From: Candidatus Limnocylindrales bacterium
GTDB taxonomy: Bacteria > Chloroflexota > Limnocylindria > Limnocylindrales > CSP1-4
Length of the DNA stretch: 64,000 nucleotides
Assembly (NCBI GenBank): GCA_038239115.1
Contig: JBBSFD010000001.1
Coordinates: forward strand, 51,399 to 115,398
Direction: 5' to 3'
The notes beneath the pieces are model-generated. The model had not been told where the DNA came from, did no database searches, and worked only from the letters and a program-made list of their open reading frames with translations. Below, one piece after another: positions 19,325 through 28,495 of the stretch (position 1 is its first letter; every line of letters begins with the position of its first letter). Both the position numbers and the translations under genes were made by a program.

Positions 19325-20113
19325 ATGGCCCCGGCCTTGAGCGCCATCCGGTGGGCCGTCCAGGACGGGGTGGGCACGATCACCCTCGACCGCCCGGCGG
19401 CGCTCAACAGCCTCGAGGCGACCCTCAAGGCTGAGCTGCCGGCGGCCTTGCGGGAAGCGGCCCGCGACCCGGCCGTGCGCGTAGTCGTGCTCACCGGCGC
19501 GGGCCGGGCTTTCTGCGCCGGGCAGGACCTCAAGGAGCGCCTGGCGCCCGATCCGAGCCCGCTCGACGTCGAGGTCCGGACCCGGTTCAACCCGATCGTG
19601 CAGTCCATCCGTTCGCTCGACAAGCCGGTCATCGCCTCGATCAACGGCGTGGCGGCCGGGGCAGGCGCCTCGCTGGCCTTCGCCTGCGACCTGCGCATCG
19701 CCGCCGAGAGCGCGACCTTTGTCCTGGCCTTTGGCAGGATCGGCCTGATCCCGGACAGCGGGGCGACCTGGCTCCTGCCGCGCCTCGTCGGCCTGGGTCG
19801 GGCAACCGAGCTGATCCTGCTGCCTGACCCGATCTCGGCCGCCGAGGCGCTCCGGATCGGGCTGGTCAATCGGGTCGTGCCCGGCCCGGACCTGGCCGCC
19901 GAGACGGCGCGCCTGGCGTCCGCCCTGGCTTCCAGTGCGCCGCGCGCCCTGGCCCTGGCCAAACGGGCCCTGCGCCGCGCCCAGGAGTCGACCTTCGAAG
20001 CGGCCCTTGACTACGAGGCCTCGCTCCAGGGAATCGCCGGCCGAACCGCCGACCACGCCGAGGGCCTGGCGGCCTTCGTGGAGAAGCGCGAACCGAGATT
20101 CAGCGGCTCATAG
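19325..20113 (+). CDS. enoyl-CoA hydratase/isomerase (crotonase)
   Basis: VVVLTGAGRAFCAGQDLKE and NGVAAGAGASLAFACD crotonase motifs. Confidence 0.85.
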   Translation: MAPALSAIRWAVQDGVGTITLDRPAALNSLEATLKAELPAALREAARDPAVRVVVLTGAGRAFCAGQDLKERLAPDPSPLDVEVRTRFNPIVQSIRSLDKPVIASINGVAAGAGASLAFACDLRIAAESATFVLAFGRIGLIPDSGATWLLPRLVGLGRATELILLPDPISAAEALRIGLVNRVVPGPDLAAETARLASALASSAPRALALAKRALRRAQESTFEAALDYEASLQGIAGRTADHAEGLAAFVEKREPRFSGS

Positions 20114-20122
20114 GGGCCGGCC

Positions 20123-21376
20123 GTGGACGTTGCACCTCGGCCCGCCGCTGGCGCCTCGATCCTCCTGGCCGGCTGGGCCGCCGCGGCCGCTGTCGGCGCC
20201 TCGATCGTGCTGGCCGGCTGGACGTCGAGCCTGCCCCAGCCGCTGGGCTGGCCGTTCGGACCGAGCTGGCTCGCCGCCGTCGGCCTGATTCTCGGCGTGG
20301 CCCTGATCGTGCGCCGCCGGCTCGAGCCGGTCCTGGTCCTGGCTGTCATGGCGATCGTCGGCTGGGTCCTCGTCGACCTCACCTTCCTCGAGGGACGGGC
20401 CCTGCGCGACCTCGACCTGTACCTCAAGGCCGGTCTTCACTTCCGGCTGGGCCAGCCGGTCTACCTCGACCACCTGGTCAGCGCCCGGCCGGTCGATCCG
20501 ACCGACTACCCGTTCGTCTACCCACCCCCTGCGCTGCCGCTCGCCGCGGCCCTCTCGATCCTGCCGGCCGACGCGATCCGGATCGCCTGCCTGGTCGGCT
20601 CGATCGGGGCCGCCCTGGTCGGCCTCCAGCGGATCGGGCTACGCGGCTGGTGGCTCGTGGCGTTCCTGGCCTGGCCGCCGGTCGTCGAGGGGATCTACGT
20701 CGGCAACGTGGCGATTCTCCTGTTCCTGCTCTTCGCGATTGCGCCCCGGACGGGGCTCGGCCTGGTCGTCGGGCCGCTGCTCAAGCCGGCGAGCGGGACC
20801 CTCGGGCTGTGGCTGGTCGCCGAGCGACGCTGGCGGGAGATCGGGTTGGGCCTCCTGATCGTGATCGTGCTCGTCCTGGCCAGCCTGGCCGTCACCGGGA
20901 CTGATCCATGGCCAGCCTGGCTGGCCGGCCTGGCCTGGTTCGCCCGCTCGCAGCCGGAGGTTCCCGCCACGTTCTACGGGATCGCCCTCGATCGCTACCT
21001 TCCGGTGCTTGTCACAGGAGCGATCGGGATCGGCCTGCTTGGGCTCGCCCTCCTCGTTCGTGGACGGGCGCTGCTGGCCCGGCTGGGCGTCGTCACCGTC
21101 GTGATCTCCCCGTCCCTGTACGCCCATGGCTTCAGCGTCGCCCTGCCGGCCCTCCTCGAGCTTCGGGCGTTGGCGGTCTGGGCCGCGCTGGGGCTCATGG
21201 CCGCGCCGCTCGGACCCGCCTGGCTCATCGCCCCAGCGATCGTCGCCGCGAGCTGGGGGCTGCCTGGCCTCCGGCGTGGGCCGAGCACGGCCGAGCTCGA
21301 TCGAGGCGACGATTGGATCCATCCACTGCGGCGAGCCACGGGACCCTGGCCTGGAGCGCCCGATTCGCCGAGCTAG
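20123..21376 (+). CDS. polytopic integral membrane protein, possibly a GT87/DUF2029-type glycosyltransferase
   Basis: More than 10 hydrophobic helices and a proline-rich loop (PTDYPFVYPPPALPL); family assignment is tentative. Confidence 0.45.
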   Translation: MDVAPRPAAGASILLAGWAAAAAVGASIVLAGWTSSLPQPLGWPFGPSWLAAVGLILGVALIVRRRLEPVLVLAVMAIVGWVLVDLTFLEGRALRDLDLYLKAGLHFRLGQPVYLDHLVSARPVDPTDYPFVYPPPALPLAAALSILPADAIRIACLVGSIGAALVGLQRIGLRGWWLVAFLAWPPVVEGIYVGNVAILLFLLFAIAPRTGLGLVVGPLLKPASGTLGLWLVAERRWREIGLGLLIVIVLVLASLAVTGTDPWPAWLAGLAWFARSQPEVPATFYGIALDRYLPVLVTGAIGIGLLGLALLVRGRALLARLGVVTVVISPSLYAHGFSVALPALLELRALAVWAALGLMAAPLGPAWLIAPAIVAASWGLPGLRRGPSTAELDRGDDWIHPLRRATGPWPGAPDSPS

Positions 21377-23214
21377 GGATGCGTGGTCGTGAAGGCGCTG
21401 GCGTCGCCGACCACGAGATCGCCGAGCGGCGTATGACGAATCGCGACGACCGTGAACGTCGCCTGCTGACCGCTGGTCCAGCCTGGGATTGCGATGTTGC
21501 CCTGAAGGTCGTTGCTGACGTCGAAGACCTGCACCGTCGTGTTCGAGTAATGGATGACGTACTCGGTGAAGCAGCCCGGGGCAAAGTCCTGCGCCTGCCA
21601 GACCAGGAGCTTGTAGTCGGTCGTAACGTCCAGCGGCCCGAGGCCGGCAGTGGACAGGCCGTGGAACGTTCCCAGGGCGCTGGCCGCGAGGGTCTTATCG
21701 TTTGAGCCCAGGGCGAACGTCCGGTAGTGCGCTGTCGTCGACCCGATCTGGTCGACGGCCGTGGTGATCGATCGATTGGTGGTTTGGGCGACCACGGTCA
21801 TCCAGGACTGGAACGTCACGCCGATCGGCCCGCCGCTGCTGACCGTGACGTAGCGCACGAAGCCGGTGCCCGAGTACCTGGACCAGGACAGCACGACCCC
21901 GCCCGGGCACGAGGTGGACGACAGGTTGAAGCCTGCCTTGGCGGTGGCCGTCGGCGTCGGACTGGGAGAGTCTGTTGGCGCAGGGGTTGGGGTCGGGCGG
22001 TCCGTTGGCGTCGGGCTTGGTTCGGGCGTCGGGCTGGGCGCGAGGCTCGGACTCGGACTGGCGACCAGCGTCGGCGCGGCGCTGGGTTCGGGCGTCGGGC
22101 TCGGGTTCGTCGTCGGCGTCCCGTTGGGCGCCAGGGCCACGCCGGCCAGGGCCCCGATCGGGTCGCCCAGCTGCTCGTCGGTCTTGGCATTCGCGATTAG
22201 CCAGGGGTCGCTGAAGGCGCTGGCCGGGATCGGGCCGATGACCAGCGGTGCGGCGCTGGAACCCCCGAGCCGCCCGACGGCCGCGTCACCCTCGGCGACC
22301 TCGGTCTCGGCCGCCGGGCCGTTGGCCCCGACGGAGTGCTCGAGGGCCAGCAAGGTGACCTGCTCGAGCCCGCCGGCCAGGGGGGTCCGATCGAGGTCGA
22401 AGGCCGTTCCCGTCGCGCTCCAGCGGTAGGGCCCGGTCACGACGGTGTAGCCGCCGCCGGCCGGCAGGACGACCCGCGAATAGGCCCGGCCGGCTCGCAG
22501 GTCAAGGATGATCGCTGAGCTGGATAGCTGGTCGAGCACGACATCCGTTCCGCCGGCGAGGCGGGCCTGGCTCATGCCCAGGACGAGGGTGGCGTGGCCG
22601 CCGGCCGCAACCTTGACCTCGTCGCCGTTGGCGAGGGCTGCCCCGGCCGTCATCGCTCGGCTCGAGCCGGCGTGGAGCAGGGTCGTTGCGGCGACATCGC
22701 CGGCTCGGTTCGAGGGCGTGCTGGCCAACCGTCCACTGGCCAGGCCGGCGGCAACCACCGCTACGACCACGACCGCGACGAGAAGGACTCCGAGGAGGCC
22801 CTTCCGGCGCGCCCGCGGCCGGGCCATCGGGCCCGCCTCGGCCCCGGCTGCCGGCAAAACCGCAGGGCCCACTGAAGAGTTGAGTGCAGGGCTGACCGCT
22901 GGGCCTCTGCCGATCCGGGGCCGGCTGAGCGGCCCCAGCCATTCCCCGGCGGGACGGGCCGCCGCGGCGGCCGCCAGGACTGGGGCCATCGAGCCCTCGG
23001 CCGCGGCCTCGTCGCCTTCGATCAGCTTCCGGCGCAGGTCCTCGCTGAAGGCCGGATCGGGCCGGCTGGCCACGGCCTGGGCCTTGCGGCCGCGAGCCCG
23101 GCGCCCAGCACCGGCCAGGCTGGCCGACAGGGCTTCCATGGACGGACCGTCCTGACCGGGCGTGCTGAAGGGGATCGGCCCCTGGGCGGCCTTGCCGCCG
23201 GCCTCAGGCGGCAT
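21373..23214 (-). CDS. anti-sigma factor: cytoplasmic N-domain, single TM helix, large extracytoplasmic region with a Pro/Thr-rich linker and a C-terminal beta-rich domain
   Basis: Immediately downstream of and overlapping the ECF sigma gene; TM segment LLGVLLVAVVVVAVVAAGLA; PT linker PSPTPEPSAAPTLVASPSPSLAPSPTPEPSPTPTDRPTPTPAPTDSPSPTPTAT; start at 23214 (alternative 23139). Confidence 0.6.
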   Translation of the reverse strand: MPPEAGGKAAQGPIPFSTPGQDGPSMEALSASLAGAGRRARGRKAQAVASRPDPAFSEDLRRKLIEGDEAAAEGSMAPVLAAAAAARPAGEWLGPLSRPRIGRGPAVSPALNSSVGPAVLPAAGAEAGPMARPRARRKGLLGVLLVAVVVVAVVAAGLASGRLASTPSNRAGDVAATTLLHAGSSRAMTAGAALANGDEVKVAAGGHATLVLGMSQARLAGGTDVVLDQLSSSAIILDLRAGRAYSRVVLPAGGGYTVVTGPYRWSATGTAFDLDRTPLAGGLEQVTLLALEHSVGANGPAAETEVAEGDAAVGRLGGSSAAPLVIGPIPASAFSDPWLIANAKTDEQLGDPIGALAGVALAPNGTPTTNPSPTPEPSAAPTLVASPSPSLAPSPTPEPSPTPTDRPTPTPAPTDSPSPTPTATAKAGFNLSSTSCPGGVVLSWSRYSGTGFVRYVTVSSGGPIGVTFQSWMTVVAQTTNRSITTAVDQIGSTTAHYRTFALGSNDKTLAASALGTFHGLSTAGLGPLDVTTDYKLLVWQAQDFAPGCFTEYVIHYSNTTVQVFDVSNDLQGNIAIPGWTSGQQATFTVVAIRHTPLGDLVVGDASAFTTTHP

Positions 23215-23818
23215 TGCTGCTCCGGCCGGTGCTGGCCTGGTCGAGCGCCCGGAGGGCACGCTGCAGGCGACTCTCGAGGGTGGTGGCCGACACGCCGAGC
23301 GCCGAGCACAGCTCGGCCGAGCTCAGGCCGTCGAAGTACTTGAGGACGAGCACCCGGCGCTGTGGCTCGGTGATCCGACGCAGGCCCTGACGCATGTCGT
23401 CCCGGTCGAGGGCGGCAGCGAAGGCCGCGGTCGCGACCTCGTCGCCGACGAGGGTCTCTTCGCGCTCGGTGCCCGGTTCGTCCAGGTCGCCGGCTCGGAC
23501 GCCGTCGGGCACGTCGCGCCCGACGCGGGTCGCCTGGTCGACGATGGCACTGGCCGCGATCCGGATCAGCCAGCCGCCGAAGCTGCTGCCGTCCTTGAGC
23601 GTGCCCGCCTGGGTCGCCTCGAGACCGCGCTGGAACGTGCTGGCCGTGATCTGTTCGACGGCTGCGCGGTCGCCCACCCGCCGCGCGACGAAGCCGTAGA
23701 TCCGGGGCAGCTGGTAGTCAAACAGCTCGCCAAAGGCGGCCGAATCGGTCCGGGCGCGGGTCATCAGCCCGCGCTCCCGCTCGGGGTCCATCCGGCTGCC
23801 GGGGCGGTCATTGGCCAT
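23204..23818 (-). CDS. ECF (sigma-70 family) RNA polymerase sigma factor
   Basis: Region 2 (IYGFVARRVGDRAAVEQITASTFQRGLEA) and region 4 (LVLKYFDGLSSAELCSALGVSATTLESRLQRA) of ECF sigmas; start at MANDRP (23818); alternative MDPERE (23791). Confidence 0.8.
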   Translation of the reverse strand: MANDRPGSRMDPERERGLMTRARTDSAAFGELFDYQLPRIYGFVARRVGDRAAVEQITASTFQRGLEATQAGTLKDGSSFGGWLIRIAASAIVDQATRVGRDVPDGVRAGDLDEPGTEREETLVGDEVATAAFAAALDRDDMRQGLRRITEPQRRVLVLKYFDGLSSAELCSALGVSATTLESRLQRALRALDQASTGRSSNAA

Positions 23819-24006
23819 GTGTCGCGAAGGTACGAGCCCCGGGGCCGGTCCACCATCCTCCAGCGGTACTGTCAAGCCCCGTACGAGGTACCGATTCGGG
23901 GCTGTTCGCGGCGGCGCGGCGGCGCGACCGTGGCCCCGGGACCGCGCGCCCGTGGCAGCCGCCCACGTCCCCGGTCTTGACGACCCCCAACCGGCGGCCT
24001 AAGGTC

Positions 24007-24030
24007 AACCTAACAAACGTTTGGTTGGAG
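24007..24030. promoter_or_regulatory. candidate TetR operator palindrome (perfect 10-bp core CAAACGTTTG at 24014-24023) ending 15 nt before the tetR ATG
   Basis: aacctaaCAAACGTTTGgttgg with an imperfect extension; GGAG RBS at 24027-24030; classic autoregulatory position. Confidence 0.35.
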
Positions 24031-24037
24031 TTCGCGC

Positions 24038-24628
24038 ATGGTTGAAACCCGGCGACGGCAGATCGAAGACGTGGCATCCGGCCTGTTCCGCGAGCAGGGC
24101 TACGCCGGCACGAGCGTGCGCGACATCGCTCGTGGCCTGGCCATCCAGGGCGCCAGCCTGTATGCCCACGTTGCGTCCAAGGAGGATGTCCTGTGGGCCA
24201 TCGTCCGCCGGGCCGCCGATCGCTTCGAGGCAGCGGCCGACGAGGCCGAGCACGAGACGGCCGGCCGGCCGCCGGCCGAACGGCTCGAGGCGCTGGTCCG
24301 GGGCCACGTCGGCGTGCTGACCGACGATGTCGGCCAGGCCAGCGTGTTCGTCCGGGAATGGCGCTCCCTGTCCGGCGATCGCCGGGCCCGGATCAGCGCC
24401 CGCCGTGATGCCTATGAACAGCGCTGGCGGTCGCTCATCGCCGACGGCAGCCTGGCCGGCGCGTTCGCGCCGGTCGACCCGGTCCTGGCCGCGGCCTACC
24501 TGCTGACGGCCCTCAACGGGATCGCCACCTGGTACCGGCCCGACGGGGCGCTGTCCGCCCGGGCGATCGCGGCCGAGTACGTCAACCTCAGTGGGCGCGC
24601 CCTGACCACCAAGGAGTCAGCTCGATGA
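24038..24628 (+). CDS. TetR/AcrR family transcriptional regulator (PaaR-like)
   Basis: N-terminal HTH (FREQGYAGTSVRDIARGLAIQGASLYAHVASKEDVLWAI); directly upstream of paaA. Confidence 0.85.
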   Translation: MVETRRRQIEDVASGLFREQGYAGTSVRDIARGLAIQGASLYAHVASKEDVLWAIVRRAADRFEAAADEAEHETAGRPPAERLEALVRGHVGVLTDDVGQASVFVREWRSLSGDRRARISARRDAYEQRWRSLIADGSLAGAFAPVDPVLAAAYLLTALNGIATWYRPDGALSARAIAAEYVNLSGRALTTKESAR

Positions 24629-25614
24629 CCGATCCCCTGGCCCTTGATCCGGTCCTGCCCGAACGCGAGCGCAGCCGCCTGCCGTTTAACCAGGATCGGC
24701 CCCATGACGAGCGCTACGCCGCGTTCGAGGAGCACGTCCTGGCCGGCGGCAAGATCGAGGCCGGCGACTGGATGCCCGACGAGTACCGCCTGAGCGTCCT
24801 GCGCTTCGTGGAGATGCATGCCAACAGCGAGCTGATGGGCGTCCTCCCCGAGCGTGACTGGATCCTGCGCGCCCCGACCCTGCGCCGAAAGCTGGCCCTG
24901 ACCGCCAAGATCCAGGACGAAGTCGGCCATGCCCAGCTCCTGTACCGGGTCGCCGAGGACCTGGGCAAGACCCGAGAGGCGATGATCGACGACCTGCTGG
25001 CCGGCCGGACCAAGTTCCACAACGTCTTCCACTACCCGACCCGGACCTGGGCCGACATCGGGGTGATCGCCTGGCTGGTCGATGCCGCCGCGATCGTCGC
25101 CCAGCAGGCCCTGCGCGACTCGAGCTATGCGCCCTACGCCCGCACGATGAAGAAGATCTGCTGGGAGGAATCCGTCCACATCATGCACGGACGCGACGTG
25201 GTTGTGACCCTGGCCGCCGGTACGCCCGACCAGCGGGCGATGGTCCAGGAGGCGCTCGATCGCTGGTGGCCGCCGCTCATGCAGATGCACGGGCCCCGCT
25301 CGGCCCGGGAGAAGGACCGCGACCTGCACTGGCGGATCAAGGCCAAGACCTCCGAGGAGCTCCGCCAGGAATTCCTGTCGATCTACGTGCCGCGCGTCCG
25401 GGAGCTCGGCCTGACCCTGCCCGACCCCGCCCTGCGCTTCGATTCGGAGGCGGATGCCTGGACCTACACCGAGCCCGACTGGGCCGAGCTCCGCTCGGTG
25501 GTCACTGGTCACGGCCCGGCGTCCGAGGCCCGGATCGCCTTCCGCCGGGCCAGCTACGACGAGTCACGCTGGGTGCGCGAGACGATTCTGGTGCCGGCAG
25601 GAGCGGTCGCCTGA
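24625..25614 (+). CDS. paaA: 1,2-phenylacetyl-CoA epoxidase subunit A (PaaA)
   Basis: Di-iron ferritin-like oxygenase with conserved EVGHAQLLYRVAEDLG and EESVHIMHG ligand motifs. Confidence 0.9.
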   Translation: MTDPLALDPVLPERERSRLPFNQDRPHDERYAAFEEHVLAGGKIEAGDWMPDEYRLSVLRFVEMHANSELMGVLPERDWILRAPTLRRKLALTAKIQDEVGHAQLLYRVAEDLGKTREAMIDDLLAGRTKFHNVFHYPTRTWADIGVIAWLVDAAAIVAQQALRDSSYAPYARTMKKICWEESVHIMHGRDVVVTLAAGTPDQRAMVQEALDRWWPPLMQMHGPRSAREKDRDLHWRIKAKTSEELRQEFLSIYVPRVRELGLTLPDPALRFDSEADAWTYTEPDWAELRSVVTGHGPASEARIAFRRASYDESRWVRETILVPAGAVA

Positions 25615-26039
25615 TGCTGCCACCCGACCCAATCCGCCCGGCCGCGGCGCGGGAGCCCGGCGTCACTCCCAGCCCCGCTGCCTCCCCGACCGGCCGGCTC
25701 GAGCCGTTCGAGGTCTTCCGGCAGGAGCGCGAAGGCGATCCGATGCGCCACGGCGGCAGCGTGATCGCACCCGACCCCACGCTCGCCTCGGACTATGCCC
25801 GCGAGCTCTATTCCCGGCGTGGCGAGAGCCTCCGGCTGTGGGTGGTCCGCCGAGCCGACATCGTCGAGCTCGACGACCCCGACCTGCTCAATCCGCCGCT
25901 CGACCGTTCGTATAAGAAGCCGGGTGGCTTCGTGATGCGTGACAAGCTGGCCCAGGCGCGAGCGCGGACGGGCCAGCCGAAGCGGACCGCCAGCTCCGGT
26001 GGAGCTCCCGGCGCCCGTCCGGACGCGGATCAGCCATGA
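25614..26039 (+). CDS. paaB: phenylacetyl-CoA epoxidase subunit B (PaaB)
   Basis: Core FEVFRQEREGDPMRHGGSVIAPDPTLA...RRGESLRLWVV typical of PaaB; the start overlaps the paaA stop. Confidence 0.8.
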   Translation: MLPPDPIRPAAAREPGVTPSPAASPTGRLEPFEVFRQEREGDPMRHGGSVIAPDPTLASDYARELYSRRGESLRLWVVRRADIVELDDPDLLNPPLDRSYKKPGGFVMRDKLAQARARTGQPKRTASSGGAPGARPDADQP

Positions 26040-26812
26040 GCAGCCTGGCCCCGTCCCGGGCCGCCGCCACGGCCAGCCTCCTGTGGGCGCTGGCCGATGA
26101 CGATTTCGTGCTCGGTTTCGCCGACAGCGAGTGGACCGGGATCGCCCCGCACCTCGAAGAAGACGTGGCGATGAGCTCGATGGCCCAGGACGAGCTCGGT
26201 CACGCTGCGGCCTACTACCGCCTGCTGGCGGATCTCATCGACGGCGACCCGGACCAGCTTGCCTACGATCGGCCGGCCAGCGCGTTCCGGCACTGCCGGC
26301 TGGTCGACCATGGTCGCGGCGACTGGGCCCGGACGATGGCCCGGCGTTGGCTGTACGACACCGCCAACGCGGTCCGGCTGGAGGCCCTGGCCGATTCGAG
26401 TGATCGGCCGCTGGCCGAGCTGGTGGGCAAGGTCCGGCGCGAGGAGTCGTACCACCTGGCCCACGACGAGGCCTGGATCGAGCGCCTGGCCGGCCACCCG
26501 GGCGAGCCTCGCCAGCGCCTGATCGAGGCGCTCGAGCTGGTCGGGCCGGACGCGCCGAGTGCCCTGGCGCCGCTGGCCGATGAGCCGGCCCTGCTCGCCG
26601 CCGGCGTCTTGCCGGTCGGCGGTGCGGAGCTCGAGGCACGCTGGCTGGCCCGGCTGGGGCCCGTCCTGGAGCGCACCGGGCTGCGCCTTCCGCCACCCGC
26701 TCCGGCCGCCACCGCGCCGGCCACGGCCCGGTCGGGCCACGGTCCCGATTTCGACGCCCTCTGGTCTGAGTTCACGTCGGTCCGCCGCCTCGATCCGCTG
26801 GCCACCTGGTGA
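26036..26812 (+). CDS. paaC: phenylacetyl-CoA epoxidase subunit C (PaaC)
   Basis: Ferritin-like PaaC signature (MAQDELGHAAAYYRLLADL); operon position. Confidence 0.8.
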   Translation: MSSLAPSRAAATASLLWALADDDFVLGFADSEWTGIAPHLEEDVAMSSMAQDELGHAAAYYRLLADLIDGDPDQLAYDRPASAFRHCRLVDHGRGDWARTMARRWLYDTANAVRLEALADSSDRPLAELVGKVRREESYHLAHDEAWIERLAGHPGEPRQRLIEALELVGPDAPSALAPLADEPALLAAGVLPVGGAELEARWLARLGPVLERTGLRLPPPAPAATAPATARSGHGPDFDALWSEFTSVRRLDPLATW

Positions 26813-27375
26813 CCACTGACCTGGGACCGGCCCGGTCCGAGCTGCGATCCGGAGCCTCGGCCCCGCCGGCCGTTGCAGCCGCCTCGGACGGCGCCGTCGG
26901 ACGAGCCTGGCGGATCCTGGCCGGCATCGTCGATCCCGAGATTCCGGCGATCTCGATCGTCGAGCTGGGCATCGTCGGCGACGTGCGCTACGCCGGCAAC
27001 TGGCTGGAGATCGAGCTCCTGCCCACGTTCATCGGCTGCCCCGCTCTCGAGCTCGTCCAGGCGACGATCGGCCAGCGGCTCGAGCCGCTCCGGCTCGACC
27101 CCGGTCTGGCGATCGAGCAGGTCGTCGTCACGACCAGCTATGCCCAGCCGTGGACGGCGGAGCGGATCAGCCCCGCCGGCCGGGCGGCCCTGCGCGCCAG
27201 CGGCTTCGCGCCGCCCGAGCTCACGGCCGCCGAGGCACTTCCGCCCCGGGCGACCTGCCCCTATTGCGGCTCGCGCAGGACCATCCTCGAGAACGCCTTC
27301 GGGCCGACCCGCTGCCGCTCGATCCATTACTGCACCGATTGCCGCCAGCCGTTCGAGCAGTTCAAGGACGGCTGA
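26809..27375 (+). CDS. paaD: phenylacetyl-CoA epoxidase subunit PaaD (PaaJ/PaaD family)
   Basis: DUF59/MIP18-like N-domain (VDPEIPAISIVELGIVGDVR) plus C-terminal cysteine cluster CPYCGS...CTDCRQPFEQF. Confidence 0.8.
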   Translation: MTTDLGPARSELRSGASAPPAVAAASDGAVGRAWRILAGIVDPEIPAISIVELGIVGDVRYAGNWLEIELLPTFIGCPALELVQATIGQRLEPLRLDPGLAIEQVVVTTSYAQPWTAERISPAGRAALRASGFAPPELTAAEALPPRATCPYCGSRRTILENAFGPTRCRSIHYCTDCRQPFEQFKDG

Positions 27376-27376
27376 G

Positions 27377-28495
27377 CTGCCCCCGCAGATCGCCGTGGTC
27401 GGCGCCGGGACGATGGGCGCCGGGATCGCCCAGCTGGCCCTCGAACACGGGCACCCCGTCCTCCTGATCGACCTCGATCCGGCGGCGTCCGAGCGGGCCC
27501 GGTCGCGGATCGCCGATGGCCTCGGCCGCCGGCTCGTCAAACGAGGCCTGGTGGGACACGCGCTGGACGAGGCCCGGGCCACGATCCTGGAGCAGCTGAC
27601 GGTGGGCGCGGATCCCGACGAGGCCGTCGGCTCGGCGGTCGCAATCGAGGCCGTCGTCGAGCAACTCGAGGTCAAACAGGCGCTCGTACGCCGTCTCGAT
27701 CGGCTCCTGGACCCGGCCGCGTTGCTCGCCACGAACACGAGCGCGCTGTCGATCGACGCGATCGCACGGGCGGCCGGCGAGCATCGCGAACGCGTCCTCG
27801 GGCTGCACTTCTTCAACCCGGCGCCGGTCATGCCCCTGGTCGAGGTCGTGGCCGGACGGCAGACCACGCTCGAGGTCGTCGAGGCTGCAGCCAGCCTGGT
27901 CACTGACTGGGGCCGGACGCCGATCCGCTGTGCCGATCACCCCGGCTTCATCGTCAACCGGGTCAACCGCCCGTTCACGATCCAGGCTCTGCGCGAGCTC
28001 GAACGCGGCGTGGCTACGATGGCCCGGATCGACGCCGCGTTCTGTGCCGACGGCTTTCCGCTCGGACCTTTCGCCCTGATGGACCTGATCGGGATCGACG
28101 TGAACCTGGCAGCCGCCAAGGGTGTGTGGGAGGGCTTCGACCGGGCGCCCCGATTCCGGCCATCGCCAATCCAGGAGGCGCTTGTCGCTACGGGCAGGCT
28201 CGGCCGCAAGACCGGCGAGGGCTTCTATCGCTACAACGCCGACGGCACCCCGCTCGGTCCGGCCCAGGAATTCGAGCGTCCGCCCGATGGCGCGAAGGAC
28301 GGGTCGCAGGGCGTGGTCGAGCGTGTGCGGCAGGCGATCGCGGACGAGGCCGCCCTGGCCCTCGCCGAGAGCGTCGCGGCCGACGAGGCCACGATCGACC
28401 TCGCCCTCCGGCTCGGCGCCGGTCACCCGCAGGGCCCGTTTGAATGGGCCCGGACGCATGGCCGTTTCGAGCCCAGCCCTACAATCGAGCCATGA
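27377..28495 (+). CDS. paaH: 3-hydroxyacyl-CoA dehydrogenase (PaaH-type 3-hydroxyadipyl-CoA dehydrogenase)
   Basis: [14 protein letters not shown] Rossmann motif, [21 protein letters not shown]; the start codon is unclear (no ATG before the Rossmann strand; CTG at 27377 or GTG at 27395); the stop overlaps the thiolase ATG. Confidence 0.75.
   Translation: MPPQIAVVGAGTMGAGIAQLALEHGHPVLLIDLDPAASERARSRIADGLGRRLVKRGLVGHALDEARATILEQLTVGADPDEAVGSAVAIEAVVEQLEVKQALVRRLDRLLDPAALLATNTSALSIDAIARAAGEHRERVLGLHFFNPAPVMPLVEVVAGRQTTLEVVEAAASLVTDWGRTPIRCADHPGFIVNRVNRPFTIQALRELERGVATMARIDAAFCADGFPLGPFALMDLIGIDVNLAAAKGVWEGFDRAPRFRPSPIQEALVATGRLGRKTGEGFYRYNADGTPLGPAQEFERPPDGAKDGSQGVVERVRQAIADEAALALAESVAADEATIDLALRLGAGHPQGPFEWARTHGRFEPSPTIEP

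Noticed and set aside
21960-22150. Repetitive DNA inside the anti-sigma gene and inside the cupredoxin gene (56218-56290)
   Set aside because: These are coding repeats for Pro/Thr-rich and Ala/Pro/Ser-rich linkers, not non-coding elements.
26873-27376. N-terminal 168 aa of track ORF 26873..28495, upstream of the 3-hydroxyacyl-CoA dehydrogenase
   Set aside because: That part overlaps paaD in another frame. The dehydrogenase proper begins at the Rossmann motif [10 protein letters not shown] just after the paaD stop.
26263-27903. ORF 26263..27903 (minus, 546 aa) across paaC, paaD and paaH, and ORF 28423..30291 (minus, 622 aa) across the thiolase
   Set aside because: They are antisense to an intact, motif-bearing paa operon.
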